A DNA stretch of 64,000 nt. It comes from Amoebophrya sp. A120 (lineage: Eukaryota; Protista; Dinoflagellata). The notes below the pieces were generated by a model. The model worked only from the letters and a program-made list of their open reading frames with translations, made no database searches and had not been told where the DNA came from. Made by a program: the position numbers and the translations under genes. This document shows, piece after piece, positions 13,954 through 28,600 of this stretch (its first letter is position 1; each line of letters begins with the position of its first letter). The stretch covers positions 932,425-996,424 of the forward strand of contig CAJINV010000010.1 in the NCBI GenBank assembly GCA_905178155.1, in the 5' to 3' direction.

Positions 13954-16900
13954 ATGGACATTTTTTCGAAATTTGCCACGAAAAAGCGGCCGTCGCCATC
14001 GGCGGCTGTTGCTCCTGCCTTGGAGAAAGTAGAACCAGTCACGCAAGGAGAAAGCACTTCTTCTATTGGTGATGCGCAAGACCTTCAGAAGAAGGGAAAG
14101 GACAAATCCCTATCATGCGAAGGAGCTCCGAGAGAAGGAGAACCAGAAGCAGACCCTGCACCTCCAGAAGACGGCGCTTTGCAGACAATACCAGCAGCGG
14201 TAGTTCCTTCATCTGAGCCCCCTGCGAAAAAGAGGAAGAAGAAAAAATCATCAAAGCTTAGTGCGAACAAAACCTCCGCCTGCCCCTCCTCGGAGAGCAA
14301 AAATGAACAAGCTGCCGGGGACCACGGAGTAGACCAGCCGAAAGATGATGAATCAACAGCTGGTGTTGACCACCGCGAGGCAACTATATTACAGCCAGAG
14401 GCACAAAGACAAACCCCACATCAACCCCCGGCACAGCAGCAGCAGCCGTACACCTCCGCGACCCACATCATGCCGAAGATGCCCTCGCTTTCTGCCACGG
14501 TGGAGTGGGAGCAGTTTGATATCGAGGCCAAGTCCAGCGCCGTGAACTGTGTCCACGAGATGGTGAAGCCGAAGGGGTACGAGTCCCCGGCCCTGACAAA
14601 GGATTTCAAGCCCGCCAAGCAGTACCCCTACACGTTGGACACCTTCCAGCGTCGCGCCATCGACTGTCTGGAGAAGCGGGAGACGGTTCTCGTCTCTGCC
14701 CACACTTCCGCGGGGAAAACCACCGTGGCAGAGTACGCGATTGCCATGGCGTGCCGGGATAACCAGCGGATCATCTACACGAGTCCAATCAAGGCGCTGT
14801 CGAACCAAAAATACCGGGACTTGTGCGACGAATTTGAGGACGTGGGGCTGATGACGGGCGACGTGACGATCAAGCCAAATGCGAGCATTATGATCATGAC
14901 CACCGAGATTCTTCGGTCCATGCTCTACCGCGGGTCCGAACTCTGCCGCGAAATGGCCTGGGTGGTGTTTGACGAGGTACTTTTTCTAGTTTTGTCGGGT
15001 TTTGTTTGAAGTTGTATATGTATTTCTGGATCAACATTTTTCGTGAAGCAGATGTAAGAAAATTTCTCCTCTGTGCATACTTACGCATGTAGCGAGTCTG
15101 TCACAACCCTATCCTCTGCCGTAGTTTCATCATCTTCCGCGTATACTTTGACTGACAGCACTGTCAACAACTGCCATTTCTTTGCAAGAATCTGCAAATA
15201 GAACCTCCACAAACGGGAAAATAGATTTAAAAAAAACTGCTTCCTCCGTTACTGCACTTACATATATACGGGATTGATAAAATCTACCAGGTCCACTACA
15301 TGAAAGACCGGGAGCGAGGCGTCGTGTGGGAAGAGACTATGATCCTCCTCCCCGACACTATTCGCATGGTTTTTCTCTCCGCGACCATTCCAAACGCGAA
15401 CGAGTTTGCCGAATGGATTTGCCGGATCAAGCATCAGCCGTGTCACTTGATTTACACCGACTACCGACCGGTGCCGTTGCAGCATTATCTGTTCCCGTCT
15501 GGGTCCGACCAGGTGTATTTGGTTTTGGACGAATTGGGAAATTTCCGGGAGGAAAACTACCAGAAGGCTATTTTGACCATGCAATCGGTATCAAATGCAA
15601 ATATGTCATCTGGGTCTGGAAGTACGTTGGAAGACTTGTCATGCCGGTTTTATTCCAGGTCGCGTGAGGTCTGTCATACATGACCCAGCATGACAGATTC
15701 TCCCCGACCTCTATCATGCCTCGTCTGGATGAGAAACTTCCTCTCAGCTTGTGTCCAAATTGGGCAGCTTTTGGGAATCATGCAACACAGACTTTTGCAC
15801 TATCCAGTATTGGCATGACAAGTTGCAACATTCTTCCAGACCCAGACCACATATTTGCAATGCATAATCCGCCACAGAAAACCAAATCACGGATGACAAG
15901 CGGAAGTACGCGAGAAGGAAACAAGATTCCGGGCTCGCGACCGATTTGGAGAAGGTATAATGCGGTGTACCTGTTAATTTTGTGTTGCTATTCGGCATCA
16001 GGATCAGCATGAAATACAGCATGAGAAAAAATGTTTGTCATGCAGCGCTGGATGCATACTAGGGTATAAAAATGATACTCCATATCAAATTCACATCAAA
16101 CTACAGGTGATCGGCATGTGTATGACAAAGAACCACCTTCCCTGTATTGTCTTCAGCTTCGCCATATGGATTGCAAAAATGTCTGGGTCTGGAAGATTGC
16201 AACTTGTCATGCTAATTCCGAATAATGCAAAAATCTGTGTTGCATGAGTGCCAAAAGCTGTCCACTTTCGACCAAGTTGGGAGGCAGTTTCTCATGCAGG
16301 ATAGGCATGATAGAACTCTGACAGAATCTGTGATGCTATGTCCTACATACCAGACCACTCATGGGTGATGGAAATCCTGCATGACAAGTCTGGCACTCTT
16401 CCAGCCCCAGACATTTTTACATTTGATACGCCAAGAAGCAGGTCGAGAAAAACGCGACGAGTTTGAAAAACCTGGATCTCACGACCACGCAGGAGAAGCT
16501 GCTGATCAAGGAGGTTTATGCATTGCAAAAGTATCGTACTCGTACAGATCGCATGACAAATTTGCTCAGCATGAGAAATACGAATTTGTCATGCTGTTTT
16601 ACCCTGAGAGGAAGATCTGTCATGCATAAGTGCGCATAGTGTTAGTACGAGTGCGATGCACTTTTGCAATGCATAAGGTTTTTCAAAACGCGGTGAAGAC
16701 TCTCCCGCTGGAGGACCAACAGCTGCCGGCGATCGAGCAGCTCTGGAACCTGGTGGTGAAGGGAATCGGCATCCACCACGGGGGGTTGTTGCCCGTGATG
16801 AAAGAAGTCGTGGAGATTCTGTTCCAGGAGAATTTGTGCAAAGTACTGTTCGCCACGGAGACTTTCGCCATGGGGGTGAACATGCCCGCAAAAACCGTGG

Positions 16901-19900
16901 TGTTCGCCCAGGTCCGGAAGTGGGACGGGAAAGAGTCCCGGGTTTTGAACACAGCGGAGTACATTCAGATGGCCGGGCGGGCGGGTCGACGCGGGAAGGA
17001 CAAGCAGGGCTTGTGTATCGTGTTGGTGGACGAGAAAATTGAACCCGAAACCGCGAAAACGATGTTTTTGGGGAACACGACAAAACTAATCTCCGCGTTT
17101 TACCTCGGCTACAACATGCTTCTGAATTTACTCCGGATTGAGGGCGGGTCCGCAGATATGGAGAGAAAAAAGTTTGTCACAGTCACTAAGTGTAAGTTGC
17201 AGGTTTTGCATTACAAATTTTATCTGCTAAGGAAAATCAGCATGCATTACACATTTCTTTGTCAAGGCAAATGAGCATTACAAAGTTTTTTCGTTTTTTG
17301 AAAGCATTTTTGATAGCATCACAAGTTTTTTCGTTTTTTGAAAGCACTTCGTTTTTTGAAAGAAAGCACTTCGTTTCTCTAAAAGAAAGCACTTCGTGAA
17401 TAAAAATAACTCATGCGAAGATAGGCGGCAGATACTTCAACACCTGCGCAGCTTGCGGGGGGGTGACTCCTGTGGTCCCCCCCCACCAGCTGTGCCATTT
17501 CTCAAATCCCACAGGCGTGCGTTTTTTTTTTTCCAGCAGAGGCTGGCGGGGAACAAATAGCCAGGGGGGCTATTTCTATGAATAAAAGTAGACGAATTAC
17601 AATTACTCGCCGCGTAGGTAAAAAGATAAAAGCGACCAGCTTCAACATCAATTCAGCTGAGTCCCTACTTTCTTCTTGTCACTATAGCAAAGTAATTTTG
17701 AAGGAGGTGCTGGGCTGTTTGTGCGACAATAGTGAAGCTAAAGAATGTATTGCTACTGGCCGGAGGATTCTCTACGGGCCGCAACCACGGGCGAGCAGGA
17801 TGCAGGGTCGGAGTCGTGCGAAGACCGAGGCGTGGCGTGTGGGGACCGAGATGCGACGGGAGCGGATCTTATCCAAAAGGTACGGCCTAAGGCCTCGGGA
17901 ACGCCGAGTACACCCGCGCACTTCTTCGTGAATCGCCCCCCGCTTTTTGCGCGACGGATATTAGAAAAAAAAAAAAGAAAAAGAACGAGAAAAGTCGGAA
18001 AAGAAAAAAAAAGAAAAAATCAAAAGAAAATAACAACAAAAAAAAAAAAGGAAAGAAAAAAAGAAATCAGAAAAAATTCAAAAGAAAACCGACCGAAATC
18101 CACGCGCGAGAAGTTTTGCAAAAAAAAAAAAAAAAAGTTTTGCATTACAAATTTTTTTAGCATCACAACTTCTCCTTGTATTGCAGAAACACTAGGGAAA
18201 TCCCTTATGAAGTGTGGCTGTGATGCATTTTTACGCATGACAGACAATTTTGTATTGCAAAAATGCCCATGAGTGATCGTGACGAACTTTTTTCTTTTGG
18301 TAGCAGAGTACATGATTGAGCGGAGTTTCCACCAGTTCCAGCGCGACAAGAAAACGTTAGCGCGGAAGGAGGAACTGGAGGCGATAGAACTGAAGTTGGA
18401 GACGAAGTTCGACGATTTGTGCGAAAGATATCTGACCGATGTGGACTACGTGAAAGAGGTGGCGGAAAGGAGGAGAAAAGAAGAATCAGCAGACGGCCAT
18501 GAATCTCAAGCAGGAGGAAAAATTTTTACAACAAGCTCGACTTCTTCAAGTTCTTCATCAAATCATAGATCTGGTTCATCTACTTCATCATCGTCCGATG
18601 CAACGAAAGCCGGCGCCGGTGCCGCGGGGGGATCTTCATGTTCTACAGGGAGCCATGATTTATCCAACAGCACCGAGTTGCCGCAGCATTTGCGGAGTGC
18701 ATCAAGTTCGAAGAAGAAGAAAAAGTCTTCGAAGGTGAACAAAATAAAGGATCATGCGACAGGACGAGAAGTCAGCTCAGCGACAGCGGCGCATAAAAAT
18801 CCAGAACTGATAAATTCTCCGCCTGTCTACAACAAACTCCAGGTGGAAAAAGAAACGAACATCAAGTCGCCCGCCCAGTTGAACGAAATTCTGCAAAAGT
18901 TCACGGATCTGAACAGCACCACGGTTCTGCTGAGAGAACAACTAAACCTGTTGAAAAACAAGCCGGAAAAAATCGCACCTTTTCTGAACGCAGGGCGAGT
19001 GGTGCAGGTGGACAAGTTCGGCTGGGGGTTTGTGCTCAACTTTCAAAGAAAAGTGTCGACTTTGCAGCAGGATAATACCGGGAAAAGGTACACCAGTCAG
19101 CAGGATGAGGAAGACGACGAGGAAAAATGGTGGAAAGAATGGGTGGTCAACGTGTTTTTACCTTGCAAAGGAGATGCTAGTAGTACCCCAGGAGCAGCTT
19201 GTGCAACATCATCTTCGGCCGCATCTACTTCTTCGACATCAAAAGATAGCGTGGCAAGCAAGAATTGTTCAACGGCGACAGGAATGGAACCAAAAATGCA
19301 ACAGGACAACTATCCCGAGCCCGGCACCGGCTCTGCCGCCGTGCTCCCCCTCGACATTTATCAAATCACCAAGGTAAGCCAGATCCGCGCCCAGCAGATC
19401 GAGAAGCGAACGAAGGAGGAAGTTTTGAAGGTGAAGGAAACGCTGCTGGCGTCTTTAACTACGATTATCACGCAATTTGAGGAGAAGGGGGGCGTTCCGG
19501 AATTACATTTGGAGAAAGATTTGAAACACGACAAGGAGACGGTCTTGGAGATTGAAAACTTGTTAAACGAGTGGAAAAAAACCGAGAAGGAAATTTGGGA
19601 CGTTGAGGACCAAGTTTTGTCCAAGTTCCACCCGGTGTTTCGGGAAATCTTGCTGGAAAAATTCGCGGAAAAGGTGAAGTTGGTGGAAAGGAAAAAGGAA
19701 TTAGAGCTGTTACTGGAAAAATCCGCGCGGATGCAGAGCGGAGGAAGTAGTTGCAGCAGCAGTAGTGGTACGGTGTCACCACCCGCTGCAGCTCTCGCAG
19801 ACGGAAATGATGATGAAGCAGCCGCGAAAAATCTGCAGCTTGATGTCACGATCTCCAGCGAAAACAACAACGAAAAGAACAAGACTTCAGCATCTTCTTC

Positions 19901-20985
19901 CGGAACAGCTACAGCCACTGCAACTACCTCCAGAAGTATTAAAAACTCGACATCTTCTACTTCAAAAGTCGAAATCGACACCGGCGTGTTGGAGGACCTG
20001 CACGGCATGCAGCAGGTGCTGCGCCAGCTGGACTTTGTCGACAAAAACAACGTTGTGCAGCTGAAGGGCAAGTTAGCGTGCGAACTCTCTTCCGCGGACG
20101 AAATCCTCATGACAGAACTCGTTTTCCGCAACCACTTCCAACAGCTGTCGCCGGAACACATCGTTGCTTTGATCTCCTGCATGGTGTTCGACGAAAACAG
20201 CAAGGTAGGAAGCAACGGCGGGAAGGGCAAGGGAAAGGGCAAGGGACATGGGGGAAAACAAGGAGGAGCCTCAAAGTCTTCTTCCTCGTCAACTGACCCC
20301 TCAAGCAGCGCAGACCCCACCCAGCAGAATGCGGCCGCGCAACCCCCGGCGACCAAGTACCCTGAGCTACAAACGGCGTACGAGAACATGCGCAACATAG
20401 CCGCGGAAGTAGGAGAAACTATGCAGAGAGCAAAGTTGCCGAACTTCGACATCGAGAAGTACTGCGACAAACTGAAGCCGCAGATGATGGATTTGTGTAT
20501 CCACTGGATGGAGGGCTACGCTTTCCAGGATTTGATGAACGCAACGGACATTTACGAGGGCAGCATCATCCGCGTCATGCGGCGGCTGGAGGAATTGTTG
20601 CGGGAATTGGCGCAGGCGCTGAAGACGATTGGGAACGTGCAATTAGAGCAAAAGTTGCAGGAAGGCCGGATGTATGAATTGCAAATATGTCTGGGTCTGG
20701 AAGAATGCAAGCCTGTCATGCTTGTCTCACATGACTCTTAAATCTGTAATGCATGAGCAGGAGGGGGAGGGCAGCTTCACTTCTTACCTGTCATGGAAAA
20801 ATGCAGTTTGTCATGCGGGAAGCGAAACACATAGGACCTCAGGAGGTTGTCATGCGTGGCTGCATAACGCAGTGCGCCCACAATGCACACACTAGCATCA
20901 CAAGTTTCCAGACCCAGACGTATTTGCAGTTCATAGGACGAAACTGAAACGCGGGATCATCTTCGCCGCAAGTCTGTATTTGTAG
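13954..20985 (+). CDS. MTR4: Exosome-associated Ski2-like DExH RNA helicase MTR4, multi-exon
   Basis: [25 protein letters not shown]|[15 protein letters not shown] (GT-AG intron 14977-15290), [45 protein letters not shown]-terminal [11 protein letters not shown]. Confidence 0.95.
15589..15866. mobile_element. TIR introner, family 1 (in MTR4)
   Basis: TIR, DR atcgg/atccg. Confidence 0.9.
16165..16428. mobile_element. TIR introner, family 1 (in MTR4 motif VFSFA|KK)
   Basis: TIR, DR cgcca. Confidence 0.92.
16517..16675. mobile_element. TIR introner, family 5 (in MTR4)
   Basis: TIR, DR aggtt; removal gives IKEVFQNAV. Confidence 0.9.
17157..18302. mobile_element. Enlarged family-4 introner with extra internal sequence (in MTR4)
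   Basis: TIR, DR gcaga; removal gives [19 protein letters not shown]. Confidence 0.85.
20673..20935. mobile_element. TIR introner, family 1 (MTR4, last)
   Basis: TIR, DR ggatg/ggacg. Confidence 0.9.
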
Positions 20986-22047
20986 ACATGCATTACAAAT
21001 TTTTTCTTAAGCTAAATCCGCATGACAAATTTTATTTCTCATGCTGAGGATATTTGTAATGCATTTATACGAGTAATAAACTTGTGAAGAAGTAGAAGAA
21101 GAGTTTTACTGGTGATGACCATTGTTTCATTTCGCCTTCCTCGCTTGAAGATGATTCTGAGAATGAAAATAACGCGCAAGAACGCAGTACTACAGAACGG
21201 CCAAAATAAATTCACCCAACACCATAAACGACGGGCGAACAAGTGCACAGGGCAGCTCTGATGTAGTTCTCTGTGCGGCCCGTGCTGTTCTGTTGAGCAA
21301 GAATGATCAACACCATTCGTGTTCCACCACCACCTGACGTTAGGAAGAGCACGTTCTTGTTCGCGTCGTGTTTTAAAACGCCAGAGGAATGTAGAACAAG
21401 CGGAATCACCGCACTACGCAGCTTGCAGTACTAGCTGTTCTGGTCTTTTCAATGAAACTACTCAAGTACTTACACTGAAGCTGAAAGATCAGAAGAGAAA
21501 AACATTTTCTAGTATCTTCATGAAGAAGAACGAAGAACAATGACATCACGACGAAGTTCACAACGCTCAAGAGGCATCTTGACGTGCTGCTGCTCCCTGC
21601 TGCAAAAGCAGAAAGACAACTTAAAGATCAAATTCTACTTAGAGTGTCATTCATACTTCTTGTAGTCAAGAAGGCACTGCCACTGTATGAATTACATGAC
21701 TCGAGAACATTTTCCACTGTATGAATTACATTTTCATTTCATTTGAAGCGGTTCCTCTTGCTTTCCTACATAAGATGAAAACCAAACGTGCTTTTTTACT
21801 TTTTATCCTTTTGTCGTACTCCTAACTTCTTTCAGCGACGAATTGAGCAACACATTTTTACTATGTAAAACCTCTCCACGGCCTGACAAAAATTTCAAAC
21901 ACGACTGGACATTAGTTCTATCTTTATCTACGCACGCCAGTCTCTTCCTTGTTCCAATAGTGATCGCGATTCTTATTGTTCTACTGGCGACAGACCACTT
22001 TATCTTTATTTCACTTCAGCGACCTTCCTAGTGGTAAGTACCCCAAA

Positions 22048-24275
22048 ATGAGTTACGACCGCGCGATCACCGTTTTTTCCCCGGACGGGCAACTTTTGCA
22101 GGTGGAATATGCGAACGAAGCCGTGAAAAGAGGTTCCTGCACGATCGGGGTCCGGGGAAAAGACTGCGTTATCCTTGCGGTCGAGAATATGGATTGCAAA
22201 AATGTCTGGGTCTGGAAACTTGTGATGCTGAGTGGCGTATCATGAAGAGGCCACAAGTGCTGGCTCAGCATGACAAGCTTTCGAGCTTCTATGTGTTGCC
22301 TATTCTGCATGACAAACTGCGGCGACGGTCTCGACAAACTGTTGCCTATTCTTGCATAGCTGCTTGCGGCGACGGTGCAAAGGTTTTTGATGTGGTGCAG
22401 TCGGGTATGCATGACAAACTGCGTTTCTCCATGACAGCAAAGTGGGGCTCTTGGGTAACGTGCATGACAGATTTAAGAGTCATGCCAGACGAGCATGAAA
22501 AACATGCACTCTTCCAGACCCATACATTTTTGCATTTGATAGAGAAGAAGGCTGTGCCATTGCTGCAGGACCCCAGAACAGTTAGAAAAATACTCGACCT
22601 GGACGGGAAAATCTGCCTGGCTTTTGCAGGTAGGAACAAATCGGTTTTATTTTGGCGAAGGATAATTGTTTCTAGACTTCTGGTTCTGTAAGACGTTCTT
22701 ACAGCAGCATCATGTGGTACAACATGCGAGTATTAAAAATCTCATTCTCATCAGCATGATCTACTTTTATTTGAAGCAAAAAAAAATATTAGGTCTCAAC
22801 GCCGATGCCCGTGTCTTGGTGAACCGAACTAGGGTAGAGCTGCAAAGCTACCGACTGAACTACGAAGACGCACCAACAGTGGAATACGTGGCAAGATACC
22901 TAGCGGCGACACAACAAAAGTATTGATGTTTTGCAAGGAAGATTTGGACACCGTTTGTTCCACATGCATCCTCATGCTTCTTCCTTGATACTGTCATAAT
23001 CACGATGGAGCACTGCGTTTTCCACCACGTAGGCAGGCATACGTGTAGCAGAAATGATACCGTAGACAGAATTCATGAATTAAGGTCTTTTATTTCCAGA
23101 CACGAGCGGATGGTGGATTTTTTCATGCCAGAAGGCCTCCTTTTGCAAAATATGCCGCGTTCGAGAAGTTTTTGTAGCCTTCACGCGAAGACGACCAATT
23201 TGGCACTGACCATCATCAATTTTCAGTCGCGTTTCTGTATACGAGAAAGGAGGTCAGAGGCTTAGTAGAATCAGTACTGCGCACGACCACAATTTACGAA
23301 ACATTAACTTGTTCCCAGATACACACACCGTGGCGGCGCCCGGCCGTTTGGCATTGGAACCTTGGTAGCAGGCTTTAACCGTGACCACGAGCCAGAACTC
23401 TACCAAACGGACCCAAACGGTATAGAGATAAAAGCTTGTGATACCGATAATATTGGAAGAAGTCAGTACAACTTACTTACACTGGAGATATTTGTAAATT
23501 CTTGTGAGGCATGACCATGATGCGTATCTAGTATGGAGGTCGTATTCAATCGATTTTGTTGTAATGTTCTTGCGATGATGAAGCTGTATCTGAAACCAAA
23601 CCTAGGCACTTACACGGGCTGGAAGGCAACCGCCATCGGACAGAATTTCAAGACGCCTCTGGATCTGTTGGAAAAAAAGTGGGAGGAGGGGATGACAGAA
23701 TTAGCGACCAAGAAGCTCGCCATCAAGGCGTTACTGGAGATCTGCGAGGCAAATGTGCAGAACATGGAAATCATGATTATCCGACCGAACGGAGGGGAAT
23801 TCATGACAGGTATATATGATGAGTTCATCTTCTATAAATTAGCGGTCTTTGACTCTGCGCGGTCTGCATGACAGATAGAATGATACTGCAGTTTCTGCAT
23901 GACTGATTTCCTGGCCGACAAGTCGACCACATTTTTACGTAAGTAATTTGAGAAAAGAAACTTTCACAGACGCCGAACTGGAGCCACTTTTGAAGGAGTT
24001 GGACGACATATGACAGTGCACAACTTCCCCTTCCCCTCATTTGTCATGCAAAATCCCAAATCCAGTTGCTGCCTTGTATCACTATTATGCATGACAGATT
24101 CCGGAAGCCCAGCAAACAGTACTGCACTAGGTACACAAATTTGTCATGCCGAGCCTCCACGGGTGCTGGTGTAGTTTGTATTGCTGTTCATGCTATACAA
24201 ATGAGGGGGAGGGGGAGCTGTGCACTCTCATACGACACAGAAGAGAGGAGGAAGAAACTGTTGGCGGACAAGTAG
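22048..24275 (+). CDS. PSMA7: 20S proteasome subunit alpha type-7 (alpha4), multi-exon
   Basis: [26 protein letters not shown]|KKAV (introner removed), [43 protein letters not shown]. Has both GT-AG introns and two introners. Confidence 0.95.
22188..22541. mobile_element. TIR introner, family 1 (in PSMA7)
   Basis: TIR, DR gagaa; removal gives LAVEKKAV. Confidence 0.92.
24009..24232. mobile_element. TIR introner, singleton family (TATGACAGTGCACA)
   Basis: Long TIR, DR cgaca. Confidence 0.85.
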
Positions 24276-25616
24276 ATCATTCGCCTACAGCAACTTCCAG
24301 GTCGAAGCGAAGAGCTTTTCAACAAGGGGTTGCTGTAGCAGGAGTCATTTCACTACCTCCTCCTTGCGACCAAAACACACTAGCGTCGACACTGCGATTG
24401 CGATGATAAAGGGGAAAAGGAATATACCTCCACGTCGACCTCTTCGCTTCTTTTTCGAGTCAACTTTTTGAAATCTGAACAAGCGTCGATACATGACAAA
24501 ACAAGCGACTAGAGTTGATGAAAACGCATCGATGACACCAACAAGAGTTTTTCAAGTAGTCAAAATAAAACATAGCGCAGGACGACACAAAAGTTCCGCG
24601 TGTAGCAGTCCCTGTGGTCGTCTACTCTCACTCGAGCTTGACGAAGGGTTTTTTTTTCAGCAATGCAAGAAGTGTTCCACCTCATCATGGTCGCAATTGT
24701 TTCGCATCGAAATTGGTTCGCCAACACTTGATGGTCTTTCAAAAGGATGATAGATGATCACTTACCTCGACGAGACTGTCAAAAGTTGAAAATTGAAAAT
24801 CGTTCTCGTCGATTATTGAGGCACGAGATGAAGAAGTCGATGGAGAAAAAGAAGTGTTTACTATTGATTGGTAGATGAGTAGTTTATTTCCGTAGCTTCT
24901 TTCTGGTTGAAGAAAAAGATGTTTATCAAATTGCAAATCGAAGATCGCACTCTTGCGGATCATCGCGATGTAGTTCTTGGAACAAAAGGTCTTGGCTTTA
25001 GTTGGTGGCTCTCTGTACAAGTCGAGGAGGCACTTGCTGCGTTTGGTATGATGTATGTTTGTACGCAGTTGTGTCTACAAGTGCCGGTCCTGTTTCACCA
25101 AATTGGGAGTCAGCGAGCCATCTTCGCTTGTTAATGAATAGAGAAATTTTGATTTTCTCAGCGAGGAAATAAATTTTGATTCTGTGAAGGAGCCCTCGTC
25201 CGCATATCGTTTGACATATCTTCGATGGATAGCGACGAGGTACTATTTTTTTCTGGTGGGAAAGAATGATTATGAAATTCGCAAAAATCTTCGTGGAACG
25301 TCCCTACCAGACCTAAGTACGCCCTTCCCTAAACTCCCATGACGGTTCAGCAGCTAGGCGTGTGGTCGTCCCCTCGAGGAGCGGGTCTAGGTTTATCTCC
25401 AGCCTGCTCGTGCTCCTCCGGCGAGCAGGGCAGTACAAGAAGTAACAGTGGCACAACAGGAGTACCTCGTCCTGGGTCGCGCCGGTATTGTGACGCTAGT
25501 GTTGAGAAGTTGCTCCACTTCTACAACTACTAGTCGCCACAGTAGTTCTTAAAAATCGAAATACAGCACGAGCACTTCTACTAGCACAGTCGGGCAACAT
25601 CAACTCCCGAAGTAAA

Positions 25617-28600
25617 ATGCCGCCTCGGAAAAGCAAGAAGTCCGAGGATGCTGCAGCAGCCACGACCGCTACTGCTGCAGCCCGGCGTGCTGGGCCGCCT
25701 CTTGCAGAGGGAGAAATAGCGACTCCTGCCGGGGACAGACCTGCTGCGCGACAGGCCGCACCTCCGAAACCGCGCGGGAGACCGCCCAAGAATCATATCA
25801 CGAACGGCAAAGGACCGGGCGCTGGACCTGTGGGGCAACAACCACTTCCAGCAAGTGGCAAACAAGCAGGAGGGAAGAACAAGAACACGAGTAACGCGAA
25901 AGCCTCTGGTAGGGGTATTAACAACAAATCTGCAGCGAAGCCGCGACTTTCTGATGAAGACTGGTCACCTGACGAAGAAGCTGATCCTGCTGAAGAGGAA
26001 GAAGAACAAGGAGAAAAAATACAAATCCACATAGAGCAGCCGCTTTTCAAAGCCCCCCGGGTTGGAAGAGGAGCAGTACAGATATCAAATGTAAAAATGT
26101 CTGGGTCTGGAAGATTGCCAGGTTTGTCATGCATACTATTTTGCATGACCCAGCGTGCCTGTAATGCACGACCTAGCATCACAGACTTTTAGAGGGATTC
26201 CTGGTGCCTATTCCGCCTGAGAAATGCCCCCTTTATGTAGCAAGAACTGGACACCTGCTGCTGGTCATGCAATACAAATTTTTTTTGGAATCCAAACACA
26301 GCATAACAAGTTGCAACCTTCCAGACCCAGACATATTTGCAATCCATAACAGAAGCCGGAAAATGATACTACGAGCACGACAGCTGGAGCAGTTGTTCTC
26401 CAGCATCGGATATCAAATGCAAAAGTGTCTGGGTCTGGAAGATTCTGAGACTTGTCATGCACGGCTTGCATGAGCCATGATGTCTGTGATGCACGCCCTA
26501 GCATCACAGATTTTTAGAGGGCTTCCTGATGCCTTCTCCGCATGACAAATGCCCTCTCCGCGTAGCAAGAATTCGAATCCTTTTGCTGCTCATCGAACAC
26601 AATTTTTTTACACATCCAAACGCAGCATGACAAGTTGTATTCTTCCAGACCCAGACATTTTTGCATTTGATATCGGACGGGACCGCCACCACCCAACAAG
26701 CCGCAGCAGCGACCACTTCCTCAGCCTGCCGAACAAACTGCGGGTCGTCCCACCCTGACCGCCAGACAGCTAAAACTCCAGGAGGATAAGGACTTCGAGT
26801 TTGCAACGAAGCTGGTCCAAGAAGAAAATAGCGCGCTCGAGCAGGACGCTACGATGGCGAGGAAAATGCAGGCACAAGAAAACCGAAAAGCAGGACGAGG
26901 AACATCTTCGAGAAAGCAAGCGAACATCACTTCGGGTAAGAAAGCGAATAATTATCCGAAAGCCGCGAAACCGAAAGCGAAGACAAGGACGTCAGCGCGA
27001 AAAAAGAGTGCGGACGACGAGGACGTTGTTATGGAAGATCAAGTATCAAATGCAAATATGTCTGGGTCTGGAAGGTGGCAACTTGTGATGCGTCTTGTGG
27101 ATCACACAAAAATCTGTCTTGCGTGATTGCCAAAAGTTGCCCTTTTCTGACCACCATAAGAGGGAGTTTCTCATGCAGGACAGGGAAGATGGAGACCTCG
27201 CAGAATCTGTCATGCTAGGCCCTGCATTCCGGACCTCACGGGGCAAGGGCATGGAAATTCTGCATTCCAAGTTCGGATCCTTCCAGACCCAGACATATTT
27301 GCATTTGATATCAGATTGCTGCGCCAGAACCAGGGGACGATGAGGTGGAAGAAGATGCAGCGGTTGAAGTAGACGGTGGGCAAGAAATTGATGAGAATCA
27401 TGGTGCACAACAACCACCAGCCGCAGGAGGTCCACCTTCGGAGCAGGGAAAAATGTTGGTGGACGACACAGATAATGTACAAATTATCGGCGAGACGCAA
27501 ACTTTAAGTGAAACGAAAGAGGACGAAGACGAGGTACTAGCAATACCGGAGGACGGGGCCGGGGCGATGATTCCCAATGAAAAAGATTGCGCACCAGGAG
27601 GACCAGGCAGTGCTGCTGAACCAGCTTCACGACAACAGACCTCCGCGAAGAAGATTCTACCACCAGGAGTAGAACAAGTTCCCAATACAGCAACAAAATC
27701 AACCGCCGGTAAAACTCGCGCAAGCGGTACTGGTGCAGCTGCAAGTGCGTTACTAGAAAAGGACCAACCGGTAATATCAACAGCGACTTCATCCACCCTA
27801 GTAGTGGCTTCTGGTACAACTACAACAGGCGTAGTAGGTGGTGGCAGTAAACCGAAGAGTCAGTACGCCGTGGCACCGAACGTTTTTAGTCCGGCGGAAT
27901 GGCAAGACGAATTGACTTGCGTTTGCAGAGCAAGAAAACCACCAGAACTTGTACAGGCAAAAGAACCAGCACAACGACCCCAAGAACCAACAGCAGTTGG
28001 TCGTGCACAAGAGCAGCCCGGTGAAAACAAGACTACCACCTCCCCCGTCGTCCCCGCGGTAAAAACTACCTCGCCTCCTAGTACCGCAGAGCCGGAGCCA
28101 GAAGACCTGGCCGCGTTTTGTCTTGTCGGCGCCTACAAGTTGTCCTTCAAGCGGAACTTTTTCACGGACACCTGCGGGCTGACAACGACGCAAAAGCACC
28201 ACAATCCCTTCGGCATCTGGAAAATCCCGAAATCCGTGCAAACGTGCACGAGCAACAGCGACATCCCCGCTTTGAACGCAGACCCGGTCTTGAGCGAAAG
28301 TCTAGCGTTCTACGGAAAGCAACGGCACCTGCCGACCGGGTTGGTCAACTGTGGTGCGACGTGCTACTTCAACTCCGCCCTGCAGAGCTGTTTCTGGAAC
28401 GAGGATGTGCGGGAGCTGATTCTGCGGGCCGACGACCTGCCGGAGGACTCGCCGTTGCGGACCCTGCAGCTGACCTTCGGGAAGATGCTGCAGAACCGGC
28501 AGAAAGCCTGCCTGGTGCGGGATTTGGTGAACGCAATGCAGATCTCCACGTCCGAGCAGGAGGACGTGTCCGAATTCTGGGCGATGTGGTGCGTTACTCT

